The position numbers were made by a program, and so were the translations under genes. A stretch of 47,429 nucleotides of DNA from Methanothrix sp. Lineage in GTDB: Archaea > Halobacteriota > Methanosarcinia > Methanotrichales > Methanotrichaceae. The notes beneath the pieces are model-generated. The model ran no database searches. It was given only the letters and a program-made list of their open reading frames with translations, and was not told the origin of the DNA. The stretch is taken from assembly GCA_040770465.1 (NCBI GenBank), contig JAXGJB010000015.1, positions 1 through 47,429 on the forward strand, read 5' to 3'. Of this stretch, positions 28,601-38,414 are shown piece after piece (the first letter of the stretch is position 1; every line of letters starts with the position of its first letter).

Positions 28601-30520
28601 TCGGTGAGGGATGGTGACGTCCTCACGGTGAGGCTGATCGAGCCGGTCCCGCCGACCGAAGAGCCGGCTGACCCCGAGGTGGCCGAAGCCGTCCCGTCGG
28701 TGACGACAAGAACCGCGGCGGAAGATGCCGAGCCGGCCGAAACCGAACGGGAAGAGATCGGCCTGCAGCAGGAGGTAAACGAGAGCGGTACCATCTCCGA
28801 TGGCGCTGTGGTCGAAGAAAGCTCCGGCATATCCGGCCTCATCCACCGGCTGAAAGGGATCCTCGCGAAGATCAGGCTTACGAAGGGGGGATCGTCGGCG
28901 GAAGGCTACGCCCCGGAGACGACATCCGAAAGAGGGGGCTCGCCAAGCCCTGCCTCCTCGACCTCGGCCAGCCTTCCTGGAACGCCGGCGGGGTTGACGG
29001 GGTATGGGACCGGCGAAGCGGGCGACACCAACGCCACCGCCCTCACCCCCGACGGCTCCCTCCCCGTCGGTGCGGGATACGCCCTTCCCGAGGATGGTGC
29101 ACGACCCGAAGCCGCCACCGGCAATATCAGTCCCGGAACCGGGGGGTACTCTTACTCGGCTGAAGGGCCGGCCACCTCGTATCTTGGTGGCTCGGAGACA
29201 TATCCCGAGTCCGCCAAAGAGGCGTATGTGGCCAGCGACCCAGCCTCAGCATATCTGTCCTCTCCCTGGACGGCTCCCGGAACCGCCGGATACGCCTCAT
29301 CCAACAGCGGCCCCTTCTCAGCCCTCACATCCACCGGGGGGTCACCCACCATCGCCGGGACGGGAAACCCCACCATCTACGAGAGCTCCGACCTCAGGTC
29401 CGCCTCTGAGGCCTCGCCGACGGTGGCCGGGTCGAACGCCTCCGAATATTCAAGCCGCCACACTCGCTCCGAGGTCTCGCCGGGTTACGCCCAGGCATCG
29501 GATCCCGCCGGCAGCCTGAGCCTGGAGAGCCCATCCCAGTCCAAGTCCCCCACGAACAACATCAAGCTGGTCATAGGCGACACCAGCACCCTCGAGATCG
29601 ATCGCCCGCCGGAGATCATCGATGTAGGTGCGTTCCCGCCGGAGCCGACCGCCTGGGAGCCGGTGGTCCTTGCGGTACACGCTTCCGACGACATCGGAAT
29701 CATCTCCGCGGAGATGCTCTGGGACACACCCACCACCGCCATCAGCAGGCTTGATCTCGCCGACGTCACCGAGATCAACACCCAGCCGATGGAGATCGAG
29801 GAGGGGGATGAAAAGGAGGGGTACTGGAGCTACGAGATTCCCGGCCAGGCCGCAGGGACATACATGGCGGTCTTCATCAAGGTGAGCGACGGGGAGAGGT
29901 GGGCCGAGGACGGGCCTTACATCCTGTTCTGGTCGGAGGCCGCCCCCGAAGTCGAACCGGAAGAGACAGCAGCCACCGAAGTCGTCGAGCCATCCGGTGG
30001 TGGCGGAAGTGGAAAGACCGCCGAGCCGAGTAAAGGCGGAATGCTCTTCGTCGAGTCCACCACCGTCGTTGGCAGGGGCGACGTCTCCATCAAGAACGAA
30101 GTGAGGGAGGACAGCGCCCGGTATAAAGAGGAGCTGGACGGTTTCGGATCGATCGAGATGCAGTCCGAGAAGACGATAAACAAAGGAAACCCCGTCGTCA
30201 ACATCACCGATTCCAGGGTTCTCGTCTTCGACCAGGGCTACCTCAAAGGGTTCAAAGTGATGCAGTCACCGGGCTTCAACGGCGGCATGGGAGCCAGCGT
30301 CACCGAGAGGTTCAACGCCACAACCCTCGAGAAGAGCGAGACCGGTACGATCTCCACCGTCAGACATTCTCAGAACACCCTCCTCTTCAACAGCCAGCAG
30401 GCCTTCGAGGGGATATGGGGAACCAGAACCGAGTACTCAAACTTCAACAAGAAGATAAGGGCCGACCAGACCCTCAACGGGACCTTCGAGACCCAGAAGA
30501 AGATAACCTTTGAGGACTGA
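25661..30520 (+). CDS. Very large secreted/surface protein with tandem Ig-like (CARDB/DUF11-like) repeats
   Basis: Signal peptide; repeated YTIxLENSGxxxLxxV and LxPGESxT modules; Ser/Gly/Pro/acidic linkers; beta-rich C-terminal domain. Confidence 0.85.
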   Translation: MKGGSSTKSPKREGAVHLFWLACLILFTTSTPLASAWSFPFSLPFLSSADEEASLSLDLDRPTVEYGGSVNYTILLENSGREDLTDISISDNFGQVGFIALLPAGESFEIERTTPPLETSTQLRVDASSEGEEMGNAEAAVQVGLPSEVVSMEDRAFESAPGGDDQILRTMSASAEIDLVVGADPATVRSGEGTTVRMTVTNRGSLPLKAVDISGPGWTVDGGDLAPGESKTFSRTETVAEDLSTEIVASGTTDGGERASDQEQLSVGVRSSDLSVTVITAQAIPGGPTTTEYRLKNEGEEVLSRVTLKDGSGAVLGILPQLTTGESRSLTQTSSQSGEARGPFEVTATSPEGRTVKGEVTVQATTTKTATSSATHPEAGSGSSKSASVSADPASPFGSMPEFDMDVDMDLNFDEGDLGMDIFGAPSNPGDAEGVGSSESSGSEEPASDPEFGGFNMDLDFGDFGFAESFGPSTVPEQSTVPDGSGLNAPSAAETNTEGEDGSPELVVTLQANKTLVHKGDDIRYRCSAVNRGTAPLADVEIRCAATMTTARNLAPGDGLPLEGVIRADGSINLTASASASGPDGSEINEEARLRIETISPELKMEVQKDPETICRGQRVSIVVKLENSGDDTLTNVVASDGLGEIGTIPILRPGETKTLSRNSTVDESLKDDIMVVATDSAGDLLTRSQTLDIELFEPGLNLTVGPTTAAAYPGEDVEVVWTIKNSGKVDLLDVTMEVDGEESFRLASVAAGGATPVSSAHQALESRTVMGRAVARTAGGETISAETSFDIRVISPGISLNVRPSEVEATEDKPFNLTCLVTNSGNDLLRDVVLAERSLGTLENIGRLEPGDFKVVPFDFSAGTNTTLRLTATGIDSMGGRVNDSQEVAVKLVSADIELAVRAEPQETVPGGSVNVVCTVENRGDVPIFSTFITGESLGQLGTIDYISPGKSQTLERDIEVSEEMEEEISAEGFTRDGASVRDGDVLTVRLIEPVPPTEEPADPEVAEAVPSVTTRTAAEDAEPAETEREEIGLQQEVNESGTISDGAVVEESSGISGLIHRLKGILAKIRLTKGGSSAEGYAPETTSERGGSPSPASSTSASLPGTPAGLTGYGTGEAGDTNATALTPDGSLPVGAGYALPEDGARPEAATGNISPGTGGYSYSAEGPATSYLGGSETYPESAKEAYVASDPASAYLSSPWTAPGTAGYASSNSGPFSALTSTGGSPTIAGTGNPTIYESSDLRSASEASPTVAGSNASEYSSRHTRSEVSPGYAQASDPAGSLSLESPSQSKSPTNNIKLVIGDTSTLEIDRPPEIIDVGAFPPEPTAWEPVVLAVHASDDIGIISAEMLWDTPTTAISRLDLADVTEINTQPMEIEEGDEKEGYWSYEIPGQAAGTYMAVFIKVSDGERWAEDGPYILFWSEAAPEVEPEETAATEVVEPSGGGGSGKTAEPSKGGMLFVESTTVVGRGDVSIKNEVREDSARYKEELDGFGSIEMQSEKTINKGNPVVNITDSRVLVFDQGYLKGFKVMQSPGFNGGMGASVTERFNATTLEKSETGTISTVRHSQNTLLFNSQQAFEGIWGTRTEYSNFNKKIRADQTLNGTFETQKKITFED

Positions 30521-30639
30521 GATATTCGAGAACCAGGAAGCTTTGGGAATCTCGGAGAGATGCGGCCGAAGGGCCGACGACGCCGGTAGAATACGATAGA
30601 TGGTCGATGGTATGATGGTCGATGGTCTGGGGAACTAGG

Positions 30640-31002
30640 CTAGGGCCTTCCGGCCCTGATGGCCCCCTTCCAGATCTCGTCTGCCCTGTCCACCACCGCC
30701 ACGATCTGGTCATGGATCTCGAGCCGGTGTTTGATGTCTCCGGCCTTGAGGGCGGCATCAACTGAGAGCCTCATCTTCTCCCTGCTCTCGTCCCGCAGCT
30801 CCTCCGACTCCTGCCATATCTGCTCGGCAGCCGACGGGTCTTCCGGGCGGAGGTCGATCGACCGGCTCTTGAGATCGTCGGACCGCCTTTGAAGCTCAGC
30901 GGCCTCTTTCTTCAGCAGTTCGGATTCCCCCTGGAGCCGCGCCATATCCTCCTCCATCTCCTCGAAGCTCTTCTCTACAAACTCATCATCGATGCCGAAC
31001 AC
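30640..31002 (-). CDS. Hypothetical coiled-coil protein, probably co-transcribed after pdxT
   Basis: GGAGG RBS right after the pdxT stop; heptad-like charged helix. Confidence 0.7.
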   Translation of the reverse strand: MFGIDDEFVEKSFEEMEEDMARLQGESELLKKEAAELQRRSDDLKSRSIDLRPEDPSAAEQIWQESEELRDESREKMRLSVDAALKAGDIKHRLEIHDQIVAVVDRADEIWKGAIRAGRP

Positions 31003-31015
31003 GGATAATAACCTC

Positions 31016-31588
31016 CTAAATCATCCCCAAAAAGACCTGATGGAACCTCGCGTCCTCCGTCAGCTCGGGATGGAATGCAAGGCCCAGAAGGTTCTCTTCC
31101 CTCACCGCCACCGCCATGTCATCGATCCGGGCCAGAACATCGACCCCCTCCTGCCAGCCGACGATGGCGGGGGCCCTTATGAAGACCGCCCGGTACGGCG
31201 AGTCGAAACCCCCCACCTCGAGGTCCGCCTCGAAGGACTCCTTCTGGGACCCGAAGGCGTTTCTTGCGACCCTCACGTCCAGAAGGCCGAGGGGTTGAAA
31301 CCTCGTCTCCTCGACGATCTCCTTTGATATGACGATCAGCCCCGCACAGGTGGCCATGATGGGGACGCCGGAGCTGGAGGCGGCCACGATCTCGTCTCCG
31401 ACACCGGTTCTGGAGAGATGCCTGCTTATGGTGGTGCTCTCCCCGCCGGGGAGGACGATCCCGTCGCAGTCGGGGATGATCCCAGACCTTCGGACCTCCG
31501 CCACCGACCCCTCTCCTCCGAGGGCTCGCTCCATCGCCCGGACGTGCTCGGAGACGTCGCCCTGGAATGCTACGACGCCTATCCTCGA
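31016..31588 (-). CDS. pdxT: PLP synthase glutaminase subunit
   Basis: IGVVAFQGDVSEH, LPGGESTT, TCAG, RNAFGSQ, FIRAP and FHPE. Start codon is uncertain (see findings). Confidence 0.93.
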   Translation of the reverse strand, partial: SRIGVVAFQGDVSEHVRAMERALGGEGSVAEVRRSGIIPDCDGIVLPGGESTTISRHLSRTGVGDEIVAASSSGVPIMATCAGLIVISKEIVEETRFQPLGLLDVRVARNAFGSQKESFEADLEVGGFDSPYRAVFIRAPAIVGWQEGVDVLARIDDMAVAVREENLLGLAFHPELTEDARFHQVFLGMI

Positions 31589-31589
31589 T

Positions 31590-32483
31590 CTACCAACCCC
31601 TGGTCTGGAGAATCTCGCCCTCTTGAAGGGTCCCGGCATCGATCCCCTTCATGGGGTCGCCAAGGCCTGTGGATATTTCGACGAGCTTATCGGGGTCGTC
31701 ATAGTTGTTCACCGCCTCGACGATCGCGGTGGCCATGAGCTCGGGGTTCTGGGATTTGAATATCCCCGATCCGACGAAGACGCCGTCCGCCCCCATCTGC
31801 ATCATCAGCGAGGCGTCGGCGGGGGTTGCGATCCCCCCGGCGGCGAAGTTCACCACGGGGAGCCTCTGCATATCCCTGCACTCGACGACCAGATCGAGAT
31901 CCGCCTCGATCTCCCGAGCGACCTTCATCAGCTCTTCGTGGTCCATGCCCTTGAGGCTCCTGATCTGACCCATTATCAGCCTCATGTGGCGGACAGCCTC
32001 CCGGACGTCGCCGGTCCCGGCCTCGCCCTTGGTCCTGATCATCGCCGCGCCCTCCTTCGTCCTTCTCAGCGCCTCGCCCAGGTTTCTTGCGCCGCAGACG
32101 AAGGGGACGGTGAACCTGGTCTTATCGACGTGAAACTCGTCGGCGGGGGTCAAAACCTCCGACTCGTCGATCATATCGACCCCGATCGCCTCCAGTATCT
32201 GAGCCTCCGCGAAGTGGCCGATCCTCACCTTGGCCATCACCGGTATCGTCACCGAATCGATGATCTCCATGATGATCTTGGGGTCGGCCATCCTGGCCAC
32301 CCCGCCCATCTTCCTTATGTCGGCCGGCACCGCCTGGAGGGCCATCACCGCCACGGCCCCCGCCTCTTCTGCGATCACGGCCTGCTCAGAGGTCGTGACG
32401 TCCATGATGACGCCCCCCTTCTGCATCTTGGCAAAGCCGCGTTTGAGCAGCTCCGTGCCGAAACGAAGTTCTTCAAGTTGCAT
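31590..32483 (-). CDS. pdxS: PLP synthase lyase subunit
   Basis: [49 protein letters not shown], and the RGW C-terminus. Confidence 0.97.
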   Translation of the reverse strand: MQLEELRFGTELLKRGFAKMQKGGVIMDVTTSEQAVIAEEAGAVAVMALQAVPADIRKMGGVARMADPKIIMEIIDSVTIPVMAKVRIGHFAEAQILEAIGVDMIDESEVLTPADEFHVDKTRFTVPFVCGARNLGEALRRTKEGAAMIRTKGEAGTGDVREAVRHMRLIMGQIRSLKGMDHEELMKVAREIEADLDLVVECRDMQRLPVVNFAAGGIATPADASLMMQMGADGVFVGSGIFKSQNPELMATAIVEAVNNYDDPDKLVEISTGLGDPMKGIDAGTLQEGEILQTRGW

Positions 32484-32656
32484 GATTGTCAGTTGCCCCG
32501 GTATTTTATAAGCCGCTTACAAGTGAGGGCCGAATAAATAAACTTTGCTCCCATACTTTCCGGTCGCTGCAGGCAAAACGGCATCGGAAAAGGTTGTGGA
32601 CGGGCCATAGCTCCCGCGAGCGGAGAGCTATGGTGTCTTGGCGTCCACCTGGAAGC

Positions 32657-35600
32657 CTATTCCCTGTAGATCTCGTACATGTAGACGTCCTTGTCCCCCT
32701 TCCGGTCGTCGATCCAGACGACCTTGTCGCTTCCGGTCCTCGGCTCGATCTGGTCGCCGGGGCCGGTGAAGATCTCCATCTCCGTCCCCGTCGAGATCTC
32801 CATCGCCCGGATGTCCCAGTCGCCGTTCCGATCGTCCTGCCAGACCAGAATCCCATTCTGGAGATGGGGGTTCGTCTGGTCCGAGGGATTGGAGGTCAGC
32901 TGCCGGGCCTCGCCTGTTGCCAGATCGGCAGAGTAGAGGTCCCAGTTCCCGTTCCTGTCGTCCTGCCAGACGACGGTGACCCCATCGGTGGTGGGATGAG
33001 TCTGGTTGCCGGGGCCGGAGTAGACCGGCGTCCGGGTCTGGCCGGACCATACGTAGATGTCCCAGTCGCCTTTCTGGTTGTCCTGGTAGACCACCACAGA
33101 TCCGCCGGCGTCCGGGTTCATCTGATCGGCCCTCGGCGGGATCGCCTCCCTCGCCTCGGTGGTGTAAAGAGGCTTCTTCTGGACGTCCCATCCGAAGGAA
33201 GCTATGGGGAGGTCTCCCCAGGCCAGGGTCTCATCGCTGATAGATGGCCTCGAGGGGACGGATATCCCCCTCTGGAGCTGGGTCCTGTTGACGGTGGGTA
33301 TGTCCAGAGCCCTGATGGCCCAGGAGTCGAACTCCTGCTCCAGGTGCATCCAGACCACTACGTCGTTGTTGATGTCGGGGTACATGTCGAAGTCCGAGCC
33401 TGCGGCGAGGGGCCACTCGACGTTCTCCACCAGGTTGTAGAGGTAAATGTCGGGATTTTGAGTCCGGTTGTCCATCCAGACTACCCAGTTACCGCTGACG
33501 GCGGCGCTCGTCTGGTCTCCTGAAGCCTGACATATGATGCTCGTCTGGTCGGACCCCAGGTTCACGTACCCGAACCTTCCGCTGGGAGAGATCAGCCAGG
33601 CAAGCCTCGTATCGAAGTCGAAGTCCACATCTCCCGAGCTTCGAGCCTCCTCCTTATCCTTCCAGGTGTTGGGGTCGAAGCTGCGGATCGACCATCCATC
33701 TTCGGTATCTTCCTCGTAGACGATCCGTCTTCCGTGGACTTTGGGATTTTGCTGGCTTTCGGGCCTCTCGTAGGCGCGGCCCCACTTTTTGTCCCACAAG
33801 TAGTAGCTCACGTCTCCGGTCGTCGAGTCCTCCCATACGATGGTGTTTCCGCTGACGTGGGGGGCGATCTGGTCGCCCTCGCCGGTGAGCTTCGTCTCCT
33901 CGCCCGTCGCGAGATCACAGACGTAGACGTCCCAGTCGCCGCCCCGATGATCCTGCCAGACCAGGAGGTCTCCGCTGACGACCGGATCGATCTGATCTCC
34001 AGCCCCGGCAGCGGGAGGTTTGATGGCTGCCCCGTCCAGGTCCTTCACCATCACGTTCCAGTCGCCGGAGGAGTTGTCCATCCAGGCGACCCGCCTTCCA
34101 GAGATCGAAGGGCTCATCTGGGCGCCTCGTCCCTCAACGATGACCATCTCATCGCCCGACGAGATGTTCAGGGCCCGGATGTCCCAGTCGCCGCCCTGAT
34201 TGTCCTGCCAGACCAGTAGGTCACCCCCAACCACGGGGTTCCTCTGGTCGCCCGGGGCCCGGACCAGAGGCCGCTCGAACCGGTTATAGAAGTCGAAGCC
34301 GAATAGGTCCCAGTCGCCGCCACGGTTGTCGGACCAGACTATGAGGCTTCCGTTGGTGGCCAGGTCCACCTTATCCAGCAGTAGGATCGGATCGTCTTTC
34401 ACTGATATGGTCATGACCTGAGGCTTCTCATGGCTGTAATCCATCCAGACGAGCCGGTCGCCGCTCAAAAACTGCGTTCCTCCAACCACCTTCACGTAGA
34501 AGGGAAAGCCGACACCGTCGTTGGCCTTCTGATGCAGGGGTCCGGTGACGGCGGGGAGCTCTCTCATAAGCTCCAGGTCGTAAAGATAGATGTCATAGTC
34601 ACCGTTCCGATCATCTAGCCATGCGATGCGGTTTTCTGAGACGACGGGCTGTACCTGATTGTTGACGTCGGTGGTGACCACCGTCTCCTCGCCGGTCCTG
34701 AGGTTTTTGGCCCTGATGTCCCAGTTCTCGTTCCGGTCATCCATCCAGGCGATTATGTCTCCGTAAACCCAGGGAGCCTCCTGCTTTCCTGGGTCGGTCG
34801 TCACCTGAGTCTCGATTCCTGTGGTCAGGTTGCGGACGAATATGTCCCAGTTTCCAGCCCGGTTGTCCATCCAGGCGACGGTGTCGCCATCGATCATGGC
34901 CGTCGCCTTCTTCGAAGACGCCTCCGTTATCTGCAGCTCAGTCCCGGCGGAAGCATCGTAGACGTATACCTGATCGTCACCGCTCCGATCGTCAATCCAG
35001 ACGACCCTTCCGTCGGCCACCATCCCGTACCTTTGATCGGAGGAGTCGTCGGTGACCTTCGTCTCCTCATTCGTCGCGAGGTCGTAGAGGAATATGTCGA
35101 GGTTCCCGGATCGGTTGTCGGTGTAGAGGACCAGGTCTCCGTCGATGCTGGGGCTGCTCTTGTCGTCTTCCGAGTCGGTGATTTGAACCTCGGTGGATGT
35201 TGCGAGGTCCATCATGTAGACGTTGAAGTGGCCGGTCCGATCGTCCGTCCAGACCACTCTATCCCCATCGAGCCAGGGGTTTGAGTGGTTGTAGTCGCCC
35301 GACGTAATCTGGTCGTCGGGAGAAAGGCTGAAGTCGTACATGTACACGTCGGAGTCCTCTGCCCTAAAGTCGGTCCAGACGACGCCGCGCTCGCCAAGAG
35401 AGGGGTCCTGCTTGAGGGAACCGGAGCTTACGTCCATCTCCTCTTCGGTGTTGACGTCATAAATGTAAACCTCGGGAAATCCCCTTCTGAGGTCCTGCCA
35501 GGCGACGAGGTTGCCTTTTACGGTGGGTGCGGTCTGAAGGCCGGGCCTCTCTATCGTCGTCTCCGTCTTCGTCGATATGTCATATATCACTATGTCGGAT

Positions 35601-36283
35601 TCTCCGGTCTCGTTGTCGGACCAGACCACCAGATCTCCGTCGATCTCGGGATACGCCTGGTCCCCCGGAGCCGTGGTGATGGGGCTCTCACGACCCGCCT
35701 TCAAATCGTACATGTATAGATCAGAGTTGCCGTTCCTGTCGTCCGCCCAGACTATTATGTCGCCGCTGATCCTGGGCTGGATCTGATCTTTGGGGTCTGA
35801 GGTGATCTTTTGCTCCTCGCCCGTCCCCAGATCGTACATGTAAACGTTCCAATCCCCGTCGCGGTCGTCCATCCAGACCACCCGGTCGCCATCGATGTCA
35901 GGGAGAAACTGGCTCCCGTTGGCGGTGGTGATCGGAACCTCCTCTCGGTTGACATAGTCGTAGAGGTATATGTCCGACTCTCCTGTCCGCATGTCCTGCC
36001 ATACAATCCGGTTGCCGCTGACTTCGGGATGATCCTGGAAGCCGGGATAGAAGGAGACGCCCCTCTCGGTCCCTGTCTCCAGGTCGTACATGAATATATC
36101 GAAGTTGCCGCTTCTGTTGTCCGCATAAGCCACGATGTGGCCGTCTATGGCAGGCTGCTCCTGCAGGCTGCCCAACGTGCTGATGGGCCGCTCTTTTCCC
36201 CCACTCAATCCGGAGGCGACGCCCGCAAAAAGCAGGGCCGCCATCAATAAAACGATGATCCGCCTCGACATCTTAGCACTCAT
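32657..36283 (-). CDS. Secreted multi-beta-propeller surface protein (Methanosarcinales TolB-like repeats)
   Basis: Signal peptide and more than 20 repeats of PxIxGxxVVWxDxRxGNWDIYxYD. Confidence 0.9.
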   Translation of the reverse strand: MSAKMSRRIIVLLMAALLFAGVASGLSGGKERPISTLGSLQEQPAIDGHIVAYADNRSGNFDIFMYDLETGTERGVSFYPGFQDHPEVSGNRIVWQDMRTGESDIYLYDYVNREEVPITTANGSQFLPDIDGDRVVWMDDRDGDWNVYMYDLGTGEEQKITSDPKDQIQPRISGDIIVWADDRNGNSDLYMYDLKAGRESPITTAPGDQAYPEIDGDLVVWSDNETGESDIVIYDISTKTETTIERPGLQTAPTVKGNLVAWQDLRRGFPEVYIYDVNTEEEMDVSSGSLKQDPSLGERGVVWTDFRAEDSDVYMYDFSLSPDDQITSGDYNHSNPWLDGDRVVWTDDRTGHFNVYMMDLATSTEVQITDSEDDKSSPSIDGDLVLYTDNRSGNLDIFLYDLATNEETKVTDDSSDQRYGMVADGRVVWIDDRSGDDQVYVYDASAGTELQITEASSKKATAMIDGDTVAWMDNRAGNWDIFVRNLTTGIETQVTTDPGKQEAPWVYGDIIAWMDDRNENWDIRAKNLRTGEETVVTTDVNNQVQPVVSENRIAWLDDRNGDYDIYLYDLELMRELPAVTGPLHQKANDGVGFPFYVKVVGGTQFLSGDRLVWMDYSHEKPQVMTISVKDDPILLLDKVDLATNGSLIVWSDNRGGDWDLFGFDFYNRFERPLVRAPGDQRNPVVGGDLLVWQDNQGGDWDIRALNISSGDEMVIVEGRGAQMSPSISGRRVAWMDNSSGDWNVMVKDLDGAAIKPPAAGAGDQIDPVVSGDLLVWQDHRGGDWDVYVCDLATGEETKLTGEGDQIAPHVSGNTIVWEDSTTGDVSYYLWDKKWGRAYERPESQQNPKVHGRRIVYEEDTEDGWSIRSFDPNTWKDKEEARSSGDVDFDFDTRLAWLISPSGRFGYVNLGSDQTSIICQASGDQTSAAVSGNWVVWMDNRTQNPDIYLYNLVENVEWPLAAGSDFDMYPDINNDVVVWMHLEQEFDSWAIRALDIPTVNRTQLQRGISVPSRPSISDETLAWGDLPIASFGWDVQKKPLYTTEAREAIPPRADQMNPDAGGSVVVYQDNQKGDWDIYVWSGQTRTPVYSGPGNQTHPTTDGVTVVWQDDRNGNWDLYSADLATGEARQLTSNPSDQTNPHLQNGILVWQDDRNGDWDIRAMEISTGTEMEIFTGPGDQIEPRTGSDKVVWIDDRKGDKDVYMYEIYRE

Positions 36284-36436
36284 CCTGTCGAAGTTAAGAT
36301 GATGATCTCAATTCAAAAGGTGAATGGCGAATATATAAGGTCTTACCTCTCAACCGGGGTATTATACCCAAAGAGGGAGATGTTAGAGACCGAATAAGAC
36401 AAAGAGAGAAAGACGACCGGGTCTTCATCTCGGCTG

Positions 36437-37540
36437 TCACTTCCCTCGAACGACGATGGTGAGGACGTCCTCATCGGAGAGGACGTGGTCGAAGCCCACC
36501 GACTGCCCGGGGAACTTGGCGCTCTTTCCCCAGACCTTGGCGTACCGAAAGAGCCGGACGAAGTCCCGGTGAAGGTGCTCGCAGACCGTCCTCACCGTCG
36601 AGCCGTCCAGGATCACCAGGGGGTCGATCATATCCGCCTTCCCCCGCTGAGGCTTCAGGTACACCCTGATGAAACCGAGGGCGTCGTATATCAGCTCTTT
36701 CAGCTCCTCGACCCCGACGTCCTTCTCGACGGAGAGGGGTATGAAGTCGCGGCCGATGGTCTTCCTTATATCCTCCCGGACGTCGTCGTACTCGAGATCG
36801 ATCTTGTTGATGACGGCAAGTTGAGGCACGTAGATCCTGTTTCCGGCGAGGAAGTCGACGAGGGTCTCGGTGTCGATATCCTCCCTTATGGTTATGATGC
36901 CGTTTACGATCCCGTAGGCCCGGAGGATCTCGGCGATCTCCACATCGCTCATCTTTGTGAGGGGAAGGGTGTTTCGGACGATTATTCCGCCCTTCTCCGA
37001 GGGGCTGAGGTTGATGTCGGGGGGTTCCCGGTCGAGCCTGATCCCGGCATCGTAGAGCTCCCGCTCCAGGACGTCGAGCCGGTAGTTGTAGACGTCACCC
37101 ATCAGAAGGATGATGTCTGCTGCCCTCGCCGCGGTGATCACCTCCCTGCCCCGCCCTTTCCCCTTGGAGGCGCCTTTTATGATGCCGGGCATGTCCAGGA
37201 TCTGGATCTTGGCCCCCTTGTAGTCCATCACCCCGGGGATCACCTCCAGGGTCGTGAAATGGTAGGCACCCACCTCGGCGTCGGACCCCGTCAGCCGGTT
37301 CAGGAGGCTCGACTTGCCGACGGAAGGGTAGCCCACCAGGGCGACGGTGGCGTCTCCCGACTTCTTGACGAAGTAGCCCTTGGCGCCGCCGGCTCCCCTG
37401 ATCCTCTGGAGCTCCTGCTGCGCCTTCAGCTTCGCTATCTTGGCCTTCAGCTTTCCTATGTGGTGCTCTGTGGCCTTGTTCTTCTGGGTGTTGAAGATCT
37501 CTTCTTCTATCGCCTGGATCTGCTCGTCGATCGTCGCCAT
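36437..37540 (-). CDS. DRG/Rbg family OBG-like GTPase with TGS domain
   Basis: TQKNKATEHH, GYPSVGKS (G1), YHFTT (G2), DMPG (G3), NKID (G4), and TGS motif VWGKSAKFPGQ. Confidence 0.93.
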   Translation of the reverse strand: MATIDEQIQAIEEEIFNTQKNKATEHHIGKLKAKIAKLKAQQELQRIRGAGGAKGYFVKKSGDATVALVGYPSVGKSSLLNRLTGSDAEVGAYHFTTLEVIPGVMDYKGAKIQILDMPGIIKGASKGKGRGREVITAARAADIILLMGDVYNYRLDVLERELYDAGIRLDREPPDINLSPSEKGGIIVRNTLPLTKMSDVEIAEILRAYGIVNGIITIREDIDTETLVDFLAGNRIYVPQLAVINKIDLEYDDVREDIRKTIGRDFIPLSVEKDVGVEELKELIYDALGFIRVYLKPQRGKADMIDPLVILDGSTVRTVCEHLHRDFVRLFRYAKVWGKSAKFPGQSVGFDHVLSDEDVLTIVVRGK

Positions 37541-37746
37541 CGATAACCTGCCCTCAAATGGTTCCGGCCACTTTTCGCCATTCGCTGCCGGCCAGACGCA
37601 TTTCTCAGCCCCCTGAGGCCCCCTTACATATTAATGGTTTGGTTTCATGTCGAGAATTGGGTTGTGAGGGGAGCTCGGAGATGGATGCTGGTCGGCGGAT
37701 CGCCGGCAGCGTGACAGGGAGGCTGCTCGGCCCCAGAGGATAGCCA

Positions 37747-37758
37747 AAAGTATAAATA
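37747..37758 (+). promoter_or_regulatory. BRE/TATA box of rps8e
   Basis: AAAAGTATAAAT about 40 nt upstream of ATG 37795. Confidence 0.6.
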
Positions 37759-37794
37759 TCGCCCCCCATGACTATCCCCGGTCCGGGGTATAGT

Positions 37795-38175
37795 ATGAAG
37801 TTTCAAGGAAGTTCAAAGAGGAAGTTCACCGGCGGAAGGCTGATCTCAAACCGGGGAAAGCAGAAGCATGAGCTGGGAAGAGAGGCTGGAGAGCCCAACG
37901 TCGAGACCACCAGAAAGAAGGAGATAAGGACCAGGGGGGGCAACTCCAAGGTCAGGCTCCTCAGATGCGATGTAGCCTGCGTGGCCGATCCCAAGACAGG
38001 AAAGTCCAGGATCGCGAAGATCGAGACCGTCACGGACAACAGCGCGAACCTCAACTACATCAGGCGTAACATCATCTCCAAGGGCGCCATCATCAAGACA
38101 GACGCAGGAGACGCTCGGGTGACCAGCAGGCCGGGGCAGGATGGGGTAGTGAACGCCGTCCTCGTCGGCGAGTGA
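37795..38175 (+). CDS. rps8e: 30S ribosomal protein S8e
   Basis: QGSSKRKFTGG, ELGRE, RTRGGN, RRNIISKGAII and VTSRPGQDGVVNAVL. Confidence 0.96.
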   Translation: MKFQGSSKRKFTGGRLISNRGKQKHELGREAGEPNVETTRKKEIRTRGGNSKVRLLRCDVACVADPKTGKSRIAKIETVTDNSANLNYIRRNIISKGAIIKTDAGDARVTSRPGQDGVVNAVLVGE

Positions 38176-38204
38176 TCCGACGCCTTCCATTTTGACCTCT
38201 TTTG

Positions 38205-38414
38205 ATGTACCTGATATTCAGGTGTTCAGGGTGCGGTCGTCACCTCTACGCCGAGGAGGGCGCCGCCACCAGGACCTGCCCCTGCGGGAAGCGGATCAAG
38301 CTCAGCCGGGTCAAAGTCATCTCCAGGGCAGGGGATGAACGAGAGGCCGGCGAGCTGGTGAGGGCCCTCCAGCTGGATGGGAGGGGCATGACCGGCTTCT
38401 CTCCGGCGGGATGA
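38205..38414 (+). CDS. Small zinc-ribbon protein (DUF1922-like)
   Basis: MYLIFRCSGCGRHLY...TCPCGKRI; GC3 bias. Confidence 0.75.
   Translation: MYLIFRCSGCGRHLYAEEGAATRTCPCGKRIKLSRVKVISRAGDEREAGELVRALQLDGRGMTGFSPAG

Noticed and set aside
31329-32537. Long antisense ORFs (also 36485-37546, 41985-43166, 21845-22720, 12294-13265, 18152-18895)
   Set aside because: These are shadow frames opposite well-conserved genes, expected from strong GC3 bias, and they contain no recognisable motifs.
32657-36283. Regularly spaced DNA repeats suggesting a CRISPR array
   Set aside because: The repeats are degenerate and codon-phased protein repeats (WxDxRxG), with no identical repeat-spacer structure or cas genes.
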